A stretch of DNA of 64,000 nucleotides, from positions 19,532,001 to 19,596,000 of the forward strand of contig NC_086118.1 of the NCBI RefSeq assembly GCF_963921235.1, written 5' to 3'. How positions within the stretch are numbered: position 1 is the first letter of the stretch; the number at the start of each line of letters is the position of its first letter. Below are positions 13,946 through 25,880 of this stretch, piece by piece. The position numbers and the translations under genes were made by a program. The notes under the pieces were generated by a model. That model made no database searches, was not told the origin of the DNA, and saw only the letters and a program-made list of their open reading frames with translations. This DNA comes from Mobula hypostoma. Its lineage: Eukaryota.

Positions 13946-14424
13946 TGTCAGGGCACTGGAAGAGGGATCCAATCGCAGACACAGTACTGTGCACACAGTG
14001 ATATTAATTGAGTAACAAATCCTGAGGTGCAAACAATGTCAGCGTCAAAGTTCAGGCAGAGATCAAAGCATCCAGAGAAATCCAAAAACCAGAATCTGGA
14101 AACAGGCAGAGTCGATATTCAGACAGACAGAGTTCAGATACAAATGCTGGAAAGGCTCAGGAAAACTCACTGGCACAATCTGGCAACAAAGAGGTGAAAA
14201 CACAGGACTGAAATACACTGAGAGGCAGACGGAAGGTGGAGGACAATGAGACAGAAGTGGCAGCAATACAGGTAATAATGAGAAACAGATGAGAGACGGA
14301 GTACTCAGTAATACAGGGGCTGGAGCAGAGCAGGAGCGGGGACAGGAGCACATGGCAATACAAAACCGCAGACTGACAACTAAGGGAAACACAAGAGGAC
14401 AGAGTTCAACTGGAGGTACTGACA
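13946..14424 (-). mobile_element. Probable Gypsy solo LTR
   Basis: TGTCA...TGACA ends. On the minus strand a TATA-like box is followed by GCCAGATTGT, resembling the start motif in the 60041 LTR. No clean TSD was found. Confidence 0.55.
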
Positions 14425-14916
14425 GGAGCATCCTTTCTGCTTGACCCAATTGCCCGTGGTTGGCTCATAACCCTCCAAGTGCTCCCCTTCCATGTACCTT
14501 CCAAATGCCCTTCAATTGTCACAATTGTACCCACCTCGCCCACTTCCTCTGGCAGGTCTCTTTTATATCTCTCCGCTCTTATCTTGTATCTGTGCCTTCT
14601 CATTTTGGATTCCCCACACTGAGAAAAAGACTATGACTATTCCCCCTTTCCATGTCCCCCATGAATTTTTAAACTGATGAGGTCACCTCTGATTCTCCTG
14701 TGCCCCAGGAATAAAGATCCAGAGAGGCCACCTCTCCCTGCAACTCAGACCCTCTAGTTCAGGCAGCGTCCTTGCAAATCCCTTCAGCACCCTCACCAGC
14801 TTGACAATGTCACTCCTATAACAGGGCTGCCAAAACTGAACACAATACTCCAAGCAACACACATCAAAGTTGCTGGTGAACGCAGCAGGCTAGGCAGCAT
14901 CTCTAGGAAAAGGTAC

Positions 14917-14952
14917 AGTCGACATTTCAGGCCGAGACTCTTCATCAGGACT
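14917..14952 (-). ncRNA. Minimal type I hammerhead ribozyme motif (PLE)
   Basis: Reverse complement reads AGTC-CTGATGA-AGAGTCTCGGCCT-GAAA-T-GTC-GACT. Helix II is partly degenerate. Confidence 0.7.
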
Positions 14953-15999
14953 AACTGAAGGAAGAGTTAGTAAGAGATTTGAAAGTGGGAGGGGGAGGGG
15001 GAGATCCAAAATGACAGGAGAAGACAGGAGGGGGAGGGATGGAGCCAAGAGCTGGATAGGTGATTGGCAAAGGGGATATGAGAGGTTCACGGGACAGGAG
15101 GCCTGGGGAGAAAGACAAGGCGGCGGGGGGGGGGGACCTAGAGGATGGGCAAGGGGTATAGTGAGAGGGACAGAGGGAGAAAAAGGAGAGTGAAAGAAAG
15201 AATGTGTGTATAAAAATAAATAACGGATGGGGTACGAGGGGGAGGTGGGGCATTAGCGGAAGTTAGAGAAGTCAATGTTCATGCCATCAGGTTGGAGGCT
15301 ACCCAGACGGAATATAAGGTGTTGTTCCTCCAACCTGAGTGTGGCTTCATCTTTACAGTAGAGGAGGCCGTGGATAGACATGTCAGAATGGGAATGGGAT
15401 GTGGAATTAAAATGTGTGGCCACTGGCAGATCCTGCTTTCTCTGGTGGACAGAGCGTAGGTGTTCAGCAAAACGATCTCCCAGTCTGCGACGGGTCTCGC
15501 CAATACATAGAAGGCCACATCGGGAGCCCCAGACACAGTATATCACCACAGCCGACTCACAGGTGAAGTGTTGCCTCACCTGGAAGGACTGTCTGGGGCC
15601 CTGAATGGTGGTAAGGGAGGAAGTGTAAGGGCATGTGTAGCACTTGTTTCGCTTACAAGGATAAGTGCCAGGAGGGAGATCAGTGGGGAGGGATGGGGGG
15701 GACGAATGGACAAGGGAGTCGCGTACCCCATCCGTTATTTATCTTTATACACACATTCTTTCTCTCACTCTCCTTTTTCTTCCTCTGTCCCTCTGACTAT
15801 ACCCCTTGCCCATCCTCTGGGTTCCCCCCCGCCTTGTCTTTCTCCCTGGGCCTCCTGTCCCATGATCCTCTCATATCCCCTTTGCCAATCACCTGTCCAG
15901 CTCTTGGCTCCAACCCTCCCCCTCCTGCCTTCTCCTATCATTTTGGATCTACCCCTCCCCCTCCCACTTTCAAATTTCTTACTAACTCTTCCTTCAGTT

Positions 16000-16035
16000 A
16001 GTCCTGACGAAGGGTCTCAGCCTGAAACGTCGACT
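16000..16035 (+). ncRNA. Minimal type I hammerhead ribozyme motif (PLE)
   Basis: AGTC-CTGACGA-AGGGTCTCAGCCT-GAAA-C-GTC-GACT has the catalytic core, helix I AGTC/GACT, a palindromic ACGT helix III and a GUC cleavage triplet ending at 16031. Confidence 0.8.
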
Positions 16036-16223
16036 GTACCTCTTCCTACAGATGCTGCCTGGCCTGCTGCGTTCACCAGCAACTTTGATGTGTGTTGCTT
16101 GAATTTCCAGCATCTGCAGAATTCCTGTTGTGTGCGTTTTTAAAAACAATACTCCGAGTCCGGTTTAACTAACGATTTATATAACTGCAACATAATGTCC
16201 CTACTCCTAAACTCAATGTCTTC

Positions 16224-16650
16224 TGTCACAACCACGGATTCCGCAGCGCAGTAGATACGGCAATTGCAGTTGTGAATTTGCACGTGTCAGCTAATTATTA
16301 TTTAATCGTGATAGTATTTAACTCCATACTTGGCGTCATAGTGCTTGTCGAGACTTGGACAGAGCATAGCAACACTTCGCTGCTGTTTTGCATTTGGCCT
16401 TCCTTGACATATCGGACTTTCAAGTCAACTGACTCTGAAGACTAGCGCTATTCATTTACTGTTTAGATGTTCTTTTCAGCCGCAGTGTAGGCTTTGTTTT
16501 CCTTTTGAGAGTTTTAGTTAACAGCCCTGTTTGGCCCAGCGTTTATTGTTTTATCTTCCCTTTAACACTGTTGATATTAAAATCTGTAAACTATCAGCCT
16601 GCTTCAGTTTCTCTCACTCCACACTTAGGCCATATCCAAACCTGATAAGA
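16224..16650 (+). mobile_element. Solo LTR of the same family as the 34354-37942 element
   Basis: Reverse complement of the LTRs at 37523-37942 and 35261-35655. TSD TCTTC/TCTTT. Confidence 0.9.
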
Positions 16651-17399
16651 TCTTTAATGACTCATTAAGAGAAACTTTGTCTGCATTTACCTACACATTA
16701 TGAAACAAATTTCCCATAGATCTAAGAAGACTGGATAGAAAATGTTATTCCTAAAATTGCTGATTAATCTGACTCAATACATGCAGTATCATTTCCAGTC
16801 CACAGTAGGATGTTTTCTAACTAAACAACATCATAAAATATCCTGAAAGCGCTATATAAAATTGTGCAAAAAATGTGTGCTTTAACATGTCTGATGAAAT
16901 TGTTTAAACCATGTGTAAATGATTTATGCATGTAGTATTCCATGTAGATAATATATGCACTTTTGATTTCCTTTTATGCATGAGTTGTTGCTGATCTTCA
17001 TTATTGAAGATTGATGATTATTCCAGTATTGGTATGCTATTAAATCAACTCTAATGATTTCAACAATTTAACAATTACCACTTTACAAATTATGAAAATA
17101 TCGTATTTTCCTAAAACCTTTGCATCCAATTAAGCAATGTGACCTTTACAATTTTATAATCTGACATTGAAATGTCACTAAGTAAATTAGAATGGAAAAG
17201 ATAATAGCCATTTACTGTCATAAAACATTTTCCTCCCAGTGCTTGGATGACATAATTCCCAAGGGAATGTAAAAGCAACTGTGGTGTGTTTGTAAGATTT
17301 CATCTACTTCTGTTGTGTTTAGCCATACTTGTACCTATCACTGAATCTTTATTACTTCCCAAAGAACCTTGAAATTGGCCAAAATGGGGTCTGACAGGA

Positions 17400-17625
17400 G
17401 CCTGAGACAGTTTCTTTCCATCTGCCAGTAGATTTCTGAACAGACAATGAACCCATAAACTCTATCTCACTATATCTTGCTCTCTTTTTCCACTGCTTAT
17501 TTATTTTAATATATATTTCTTATTATAACTTATAGTATATTTTATGTATTGCCCTATGTATTGCTGATGAAAAACGTCAAATTTCATGACATATGTCAGT
17601 GATAAACCTGATCCTGATTCTGAAA
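17400..17625 (+). mobile_element. Rex/Babar-type LINE 3' UTR fragment
   Basis: Ends in gataaacctgatcctgattctga, the tail shared with other copies in the window. Confidence 0.7.
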
Positions 17626-18129
17626 CAGCACTTGGATAGTTGTTACGCTAAAAATGCATTTAAAATGAACCCGTCAAGTTGCAAATGGGAACTGCAAAGA
17701 TTTATTGCCACTCCCATGTGTTTGCTGAGCTATGCACGAGAAAGTCAAAGGTCCTTAAGGGATGTGACAGACAAGCTGCACAATACAGTCCTGAATCTGT
17801 GAGGAAATGCAGAACAGAGGAGCTCTGCTAATTGCCCCTTCTGCAATGCACTGACCCTGATGGAATCCCATGTTATGTGTGGCTCCATGATGTTATTTCA
17901 TAGGAGGATCAGTCAGGAAGACACTGTAGAATGGTACACCAAAGCAATAAAATTAAAAAGTTGTGTATCGAGAAGGAGTGGGAGAAAATGCTTCTGAAAA
18001 TATTTTGGCAATGAAATATGAATCGATTAGGTGCTTTAATCAATATATCAACATCAAAAGGAAGAGCATGTAATTCATGTCCTAGGGATTTCAGCTATGG
18101 TGCAGTCCTTGTTTGTTTTATTGACATAG

Positions 18130-18740
18130 GGCATAGAACATAGAAAGATACAGTACAGGAATGGGCCCTTCAGTTCACTGGGCTACACCAACCATGATGC
18201 CGTCCTTACTAATCCCATCTGCATCTATCTATTCCCTACCCATTCATCTGTCCGTCTAATTGCCTCTTAAGTGTTGCTGTTTTATCTGCTCCGCCATCTC
18301 CCCTGCCAGTGTATTCTGGGCACCCATTATCATCTGTGTGGAAAAAAAATATTATCTCATAAATTTCTTTCATAATGTCTCCAACTATGCTCCACCCCAG
18401 GAAAAGTCCTCTGACTACATTATCTATCTTATTGCATGTCTCACTTAATTTTACATACTTCTTTCAGGACACCACTCAGCCTCCAAATTTCCAAGGAAAA
18501 TAATCCAAGTTTATTCTAACTGTTCTTATAATGAATACTCTCCAATACAGCCAACATCTCGGTGAACCTCCCCTGCACACACACCAAAGCTTCTACATCC
18601 CTCCTGTAGTGTAGCAACCAGAACTGCACACAATACTCCAAGTATGGGCAAACTAAATTTCATACGATTGCTTCATGACTTCCTGTCTTTTATACTCATT
18701 GCCTGCCATGACTGATGAGAGTAAGCCTGTGCATGCCTTC
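18130..18740 (-). mobile_element. CR1 3' fragment
   Basis: catagaacatagaa tail; aaccagaactgcacacaatactcca corresponds to the LEYCVQFW motif on the minus strand. Confidence 0.75.
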
Positions 18741-20761
18741 TATATCTGAATTATTGTAATTATTCAAATAAAGTCATGAAATAGCAAGTAAACGCGCCTC
18801 ATCTAATTTCACAATGGGTGCCGTTTGACCAGGACAATTTAACCCCAATTAAATCAGTTTTATACATAACTACACATAAAGAAATGAAGTTGTCAATTCA
18901 ACTTCAAAGCAACTGAACCATTCCAAAAATGAGTTTTAGTTAAAAGATAGCACCCATTTTTACTATATAGTTTTATTGTAGATGTTTCTGCTCAAAACAG
19001 AATGGCATCTTCTGAATATGAAATGGTTTCACAAAAATCAAAACAGTATTTCCAAGGTCTGTATCCAACTTCTGGCAGAGATGCATGATTTTCTTCAGCT
19101 TTTGGAATTCAGTTGTAAAAATACAAAATGTGTGCACTTAAGATAGAATTAACATTGTATGACAAATATTACTGCAGTTAAATGTGGACTTATGCATTAG
19201 TGGATCAAAGGTACAGGAAAACTTTTTGCATCCGGTATAAGACAAGCATTGTTGGGACACGGATGCTGGAAATAATTCGGAAAATGTTGATGATTGGGTT
19301 GAGTTGTTCTCTGATCTCAGCAATTTACTTGTACAAGGAGATATCATCAATGTGCTGTTAATAAAGACCAAGCATCTGGAAGACACACCACAATTAACAG
19401 CACGCCCATGGTGATAAAAGGCTTGCAACTAAATTGTCAAGATCGGAGAACAACTCGACTCAACCATATGGATGCTACTTGCAAGAGCAGGGGCATTTCT
19501 TCCCATCCCAGTAAACATATGAATGGTCAGTTTTTTTCACAGAGTATGGGAGAGAATTTAAAGGTGAGCTGTGGAGCTTTTTGTACATGGTATTTGCAAT
19601 GAGCTACCAAAGAAAGTGGTAGAGACAGGTACATTTACAGCATTTAAAAGACATCTAGACAGCTCCATAGATAGAAAATGTTTAGAAGGATATGGGCCGA
19701 ACTGTTCAGTTAAGTTACCTGTTCAGTATGAATGAGTTGGGTTGAAAGGCTTGTTTCCATGTTGTATAGCTTTACGATTCTCTGATTCTATTAACACTGA
19801 AAAACTGGTAATGAGCCAACTTATATATATGTTAAAGGTACTCGCATATTGCTCTTGAGTGAAGTGCTACAACATCTTCAGCTACAATGATTAGAGCAAT
19901 ACACCTTCTATTCAAATTGGTATAATGTGGGACATAGAGACTTGGATTGGGGATTTGGAGGAGATGGCTTCCCAATGTACCCCTTTGTCTCTTTCTTGTT
20001 AACCAGAAGAAGTTATTTAATGATGACTCTAAAAAATATATTGAACATTATCTGAATTAAGTGTATCAATCTGAATAGTTTCCTGCAGCTGATAGTCCTA
20101 CTAACAATGAATTTGACATAGGAATCAGTAATGAATGATAAAACTTTAGAAATAATGAACTCCAAGAATTGCAAACTGTCCTGGAAGCCTTGAAGGTTGT
20201 GGAATGTAATAGCAAAGTCAACATTAATGAGAACAAGGATACTCTTCAAATTCATTTTCAGAAGGTAGTAATAATAGATAAATACATTGCTTAATACTAG
20301 GAGACAAGGCTAGAGGTTTTGGTGGCAGTATCATACAAAGATATAAGTATGATTACGATCAGTGAATGCATCCTCAAATGCTGTATTTTCTGTATACTTT
20401 ACTGCTGCACTCAAGTCTCAGACATTGCTAAATTGACTTACTAATTCACTTGCAATCACTCACTAATAAACTTCATCTTCCTCACAACTTGAATACAATG
20501 CCAAATATGCGACCAAGATTCTCACGTTCTGCAACTGATTGCAGAATCTCATGATCATTCTTGCCTCTCTCTTGTATGAAAAAAAAACAACATATAACCA
20601 AGAGATGCCAGGACATAATAGAAGAGGGGCAAGTATATCTGTGTGTCCATATAGGAGAGAGCATGATCCCAATAGTGGGATCCCTATTGTCAACCCAGCA
20701 GTGAATTGAAGCTAAAGAAAATGGACAAGTTAGAGTTTGGCAGAGAGAGTAGATCTTCACC

Positions 20762-21175
20762 TTGGGCCTATATTCACTGGAATTCAGAAAAATGAGGAAT
20801 AACCTAATTGAAACCTATCGAATGGTGAAAGCCCTTGATAGAGTGGATGTGGAGAGGGTGTTTCCTACGGTAGGAGAGTCTAAGACCAGAGGACATAGCC
20901 TCAGAATAGAGGGGCGTCCTATTAAAATGGAGATGAGGAGGAGTATCTTTAGCCAAGGAGTGGTGAATCTTTGCCAGAGGCAGCTGTGGAGGCCAAGTCT
21001 TTATGTATATTTAAGCCAGAGGTTGATAGATTCATGATTGGTCAGGGCATGAAGGGATACAGGGAAAAGTCAGGAGATTGGAGATGAGAGGAAAATGGAT
21101 CAGTCACGATGAAATGGCGGAGCAGACTTGATGAACCAAATGGCTTAATTCTGCTCCTATATCTTATGGTCTTAT
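20762..21175 (+). mobile_element. CR1 3' end
   Basis: LGLYSLEFRKMRNNLIETYRMVKALDRVDVERVFP..KTRGHSLRI followed by a CR1 3' UTR ending in atcttatggtctta. Confidence 0.9.
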
Positions 21176-21984
21176 TAAAAGACTGGAAGCGTAAGCATTG
21201 AGCAAGGTAGTTTTAAGTACAAATTCATTGGAGAGCAAGGATCGCAAAAAGCCCTGCTGCAGGGAACTCAGAAATGTACCTAAATGGACCAGGCTCCAGA
21301 AGGCTGATACTTGAGCAGGCTCAGCGAGATGTCTGATGCATTGTCAGGAGGCATGCACACATTATCAAAGAGTATGAAAAACAGATCACCAACTGTGTCC
21401 AACTTGGGACAAATCTGTATTCCTCTGCGACTAAACTTAATACAGCTTCTCAATGCTGATTTCGTAACTTTCATTGGAGTGTAAATAGGAGCCACTCATC
21501 ATTGGAAGTTTGGTCTGCTGCATTTAATTAATAATTAGTTTGTTATTGTCAAATGTACCTAGATACAGTGAAAAGTTTTGTCATCCAGACAGATCATTCC
21601 AAACATAATTACATCGAGGTAGTATAAATGTGAAAAGCAGTAACAGAATGCGGAACATTATATTGTAATTACAGAGAAAATTCAATGCAGGTAGACAATA
21701 AAGTACAAGAGCCACAATGTGGTAGATAGCAAAAGCAATATTTCCTCTTCATTGTACAAGAGGTCTGTTATTGTAATCCTCATGATTGGAGACAAAGGGA
21801 ACTGAAAGCTGTCACAGTAATCCAGGAAAAACCAGTCTTCCAGATGTTGCGAAGATTTGCTTTATGGAAGATAAATATGGCAGCTTCTTACAGAAAGACT
21901 GTGACCTTTTCTGCCTTCGGCTAGCCTAGAAGTTCCATCGACCAACCATGCCGGACTTCTGGAGGCTGAGATGCTGCTAGTAGA

Positions 21985-23010
21985 AGCAACAGACACAAAG
22001 TGCTGGAGGAACTCAGCAGACTAGGCATTATCTATGGAAAAGAGTACGGTCGATGTTTCGAGCCGAGACTCTTCTTCAGGACTGGGAAGAACTTGAGGAG
22101 TCAGAGTAAGAAAGTAGAGTGAGGGGATGAAGAAGCACAAGGTGATAGGTGAAACTGGGAGGGGGAGGGGTGAAGTAAAGAGCTGGGAAGTTGATTGGTG
22201 AAAGAAATAGGGGGCTGGAGAAGGGGGAATCTAATAGGAGAGGACAGAAGGTCATGGAAGAAAGCAGAGGGGGAAGAGCACCAGAGGCAGGTGATAGGCA
22301 GATAAGGAGATAAGGTGAGAGAGGGAAATAGGAATGGGGAATAGTGAAGCGGGGGACATTACTGAAAATTCGAGCAATCAATGTTCATGCCATCAGGTTG
22401 GAAGCTGCCCAGATGGAATATAAGGTGTTACTACTCCAACCGGAGTGTGGCCTCATTGTGACAGTAGAGGAGGCCATGGATTGACATGTTGGAATGGAGT
22501 TAAAATGGGTGGCCACTGGGAGATCCTGCTTTTTCTGGCAGATGGTGCATAGGTACTCAGTGAAGCAGTCTCCGAATCCACGTTGGGCCTCACCAATATA
22601 CAGGAGGCCATACTGGGAGCACCAACTGCAGTAGATGACCCCAACTGACTTACAGATGAAGTGTTGCCTCACCTGGAAGGACTGTTTCTTGTTCCACTTG
22701 CAAGGATAAGTGCCAGGAGGGAGATCAATGAGGATGTACGAATGGACAAGGGAGTCGTGTAGGGAGTGATTCCTTTGAAAAGCAGAATGTGTGGGGTAGG
22801 GAAAGATGTTCTTGGTGGTGGGATCCTACTGGAGATAATGGAAGTTATGGAGAATTATGCGCTGGAAGCGGAGGCTGGTGGGGTGGTAGGTAAGGACAAG
22901 AGGAACCCTCTCCCTGGAGTGGTGACAAGAGGATGGGGTGAGGGCAGACATGCATGAAATGGAAGAGATGTGGTTGAGAGCAGCGTTGATGGTGGAGGAA
23001 GGATGGTTAC
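21985..23010 (-). mobile_element. Penelope-like element fragment (RT-EN linker, GIY-YIG, pLTR)
   Basis: ERVPLVLTYHP; GVIYCSWCSQYGLLYIGEAQR; pLTR with a hammerhead motif. Confidence 0.9.
22048..22084 (-). ncRNA. Minimal hammerhead ribozyme motif (PLE)
   Basis: Reverse complement reads CAGTC-CTGAAGA-A-GAG-TCTCGG-CTC-GAAA-C-ATC-GACC, with an intact helix II GAG/CTC. Confidence 0.72.
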
Positions 23011-23746
23011 CAGTAGAAACCAAGATTCCTTGGCCTACTGCAGTTTGAGACCGCAATCTGTAGCCACCTCCAGTGAATCCAACAGCAACCCACAAGAGGG
23101 CCATGACAACTGGGATAGCATCTGTCTCGGATACTAAGTGAATACAGGGGAGTGATTAGCTAACATTTGTAAGGAATTTATCATTGTTTCATTTATAAAT
23201 GAGACTTGGATATTTATTTCATGGTGGTTTTTATTGCCTAGTGGATATTATTCTGAATCATGCCAGTGGGAATATAATATGTAGTGCTCGCAGTGAATGG
23301 GCATGTTTGCAGATGTTGGTGTTATTTGCTTCAATTCTTATTTCAATTCTTCTTGAATAATTCAAGTTACCTTGTCCTGTTAGGTATGACAATGTATATG
23401 AAGGGCTAGCCCTCAGATGTGGCAGTGTTTGTGAAATGAGACACTGATAACTTTTTTGAGAAATAGTAACAAAATTTTTCTGGTTCAGAAGAGCTTTTCA
23501 AATCTAGAGAAGATTAGTAGATTAATTAGCTGCTTGGCAGGAGGCAAAGAGTGAGAATAAAGGGAGCCTTTTCTGATAAGGAAATACAGACACTTAATGA
23601 TTCAGGAACAGCTTCTTCCCCTCTGCCATCCCATTACTGGGTGGTCATTGAATCTACGAACACCACTTCACTACTTTATTTATATTTTTTGTGCCCTACT
23701 TATTTAATTTAACTATTGAATATATATATATATATATATATATACA

Positions 23747-25880
23747 CAGTGACATGCAAAAGTTTGGGGTCAAGATATCTGTTTCTGTGAATAGCTAAGC
23801 GAGTAAAAGATGAACTGATTTCCAAAAGGCATAAAGTTAAAGATGACACATTTCTTTAATATTTTAAGCAAGAAAACTTTTATACAGTTTCAAAATAACA
23901 AAAAAGGAAAAGGGCCTGAAGCAAAGGTTTGGGCACCCTGCATGGTCCATACTTAGTAACACCCCCTTTGGCAAGTATCACAGCTTGTAAACGCTTTTTG
24001 TAGCCAGCTAAGTCTTTCAATTCTTGTTTGGGGGATTTTCGCCCATTCTTCCTTGCAAAAGGCTTCTAGTTCTGTGAGATTCTTGGGCCGTCTTGCATGC
24101 ACTGCTCTTTTGAGGTCTATCCACAGATTCTCGATGATGTTTAGGTCGGGGGACTGTGAGGGCCATGACAAAACCTTCAGCTTGCGCCTCTTGAGGTAGT
24201 CCATTGTGTGTTTTGAGGCGTGTTTAGGATCATTATCATGTTGTAGAAGCTATCCTCTTTTCATCTTCAGCTCTTTTACAGACGGTGTGATGTTTGCTTC
24301 CAGAATTTGCTGGTATTTAATCTTCCCTCTAGCAGTAAATGTTCCCCGTGCCACTGGCTGCAACACAAGCCCAAAGCATGATCAATCCACCCCCGTGCTT
24401 AACAGTTGGAGAGGAGTTTTTTTCATGAAATTCTGCACCCTTTTTTCTCCAAACATACCTTTGCTCATTGCGGCCAAGAAGTTCTATTTTAACTTCATCA
24501 GTCCACAGGACTTGTTTCCAAAATGCATCAGGCTTGTTTAGATGTTCCTTTGAACCTTTTGAATAGAACTTTTTGGCCGCAATGAGCAAAGGACTACAAT
24601 GGACTATCTCAAGAGGTGCAAGCTGAAGGTTTTGCCATGGGCCTCACAGACCTCTGACCTAAACATCATCGAGAATCTGTGGGTAGACCTCAAAAGAACA
24701 GTGCATGCAAGACAGCCCAAGAATCTCACAGAACTAGATGCTTTTTGTAAGGAAGAATGGGGGAAAATCACCCAAACAAGAATTGAAAGACTATTAGCTG
24801 TGTGACGAAAAACCAACTTATCAGAAGACTGATGCTAATGAGAGAGATAAGTGAGACAATAGAGAAGCATTCAAAATGTTAATGAGAGAGGAGAGAGATT
24901 AATGAAAAGAGACACAGTTCTGAGTATTGACAGACCGGTTGCTTTGAACCTGAACTGTTTGAAGTTTGATGGACAGGCGATACCCCAGCAGGGGGATAAA
25001 AGGAACAGGTTCGCTAAGGCACAACACACCATGAGATCTGGAAAAGCGGTGTGCCCCCACAAGTTGGTGGGAGTTTGGAGAATTGGTTGCGGGAACGAAC
25101 CATAGACGCACAGGGTGAAAAGGTACAATCGGTGGGAACCTGGTGTGTGTGTCGGCCCTTGCCTGGGTGCCGGGTTCACCGCGGAAGAACGGTCGTATCC
25201 GGAACGGAGGGGTCACAGTCGGTGACAACAGAAGACATAAAAGGGTTCGCTCAAAGGCTAACTGCGAAGAACAAAGGTCTGTGTGAATCAGAATTTGCGT
25301 TATCTCTCTCTCTCCCCAACGGCACAACAGCGATTACTGCGAACTGTCCTAAGCTGAAATGATCTCTGCGTCACTTGAGACTGATCATTTTACCCCTAGA
25401 CTGCGATAGAGCTTGTTTGATTCCTATTACCCTAGTTCTGTGTTTTATCATTGCTAATCTGTTGCATTCATATCCTTACAATTAGAGTACTGAGTTACTT
25501 ATTTCTTTAATAAAACTTTATTAGTTCCAGTAATCCAGACTCCAACTAAGTGGTCCATTTCTGCTGGTTTGGCAACCCAGTTACGGGGTACGTAACAGCT
25601 GACTACAAAACGCGTTTACAAGCTGTGATACTTGCCAAAGGGGGTGTTACTGAGTACTGACCATGCAGGGTGCCCAAACTTTTCCTTCGGGCCCTTTTCC
25701 GTTTTTGTTATTTTGAAACTGTGAAAGATGAAAATCAAAAAAGTTTTCTTGCTTAAAATATTAAATAAACGTGTCATCTTTAACTTTATGCCTTTTGGAA
25801 ATCAGTTCATCTTTTACTCGCTTAGCTATTCACAGTATCAGAAATTTTGACTGGGATGCCCAAACTTTTGCATGCCACTG
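23747..25880. mobile_element. Fold-back Tc1-like transposon (two transposase 3' halves in inverted orientation)
   Basis: TIR CAGTG(A/G)CATGCAAAAGTTTGGG inserted in a (TA)n tract. [15 protein letters not shown] on minus (23953-24204) and [15 protein letters not shown] on plus (24599-24805). VLWTDEVKIE...KHGGG on minus only. The host is a Rex 3' UTR (about 23595-25995). Confidence 0.9.
24801..25597 (+). mobile_element. Solo LTR (Gypsy-like) inserted in the Tc1 arm
   Basis: TGTGACG...CGTAACA ends, 4-bp TSD GCTG, AATAAA near 25509. The Tc1 sequence resumes exactly after it. Confidence 0.9.

Larger units (their letters stand above)
14851..16145 (-). mobile_element. Penelope-like element with inverted pseudo-LTR
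   Basis: GIY-YIG ORF 15253-15579 (VIYCVWGSRCGLLCIGETRRRLGDRFAEH). About 14851-15236 is an inverted copy of about 15723-16101. TSD ACAATACTCC at 14842-14851 and 16146-16155. Confidence 0.92.
13860..16223 (-). mobile_element. CR1 3' end fragment hosting a solo LTR and a Penelope insertion
   Basis: CR1-type 3' UTR (gaatcatagagaaac...cagtccctttagccc) and ORF2 C-terminal sequence (RHRYKIRAERYKRDL). The host resumes after the TSD at 16146. Confidence 0.7.

Noticed and set aside
15568..16143. 191-aa proline/leucine-rich ORF
   Set aside because: It spans the inversion junction of a Penelope element and reads through pyrimidine-rich pLTR sequence.
20463..21495. Short ORFs at 20463-20760 and 21280-21495 as host exons
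   Set aside because: No recognisable domain and no consistent splice-site pairs.
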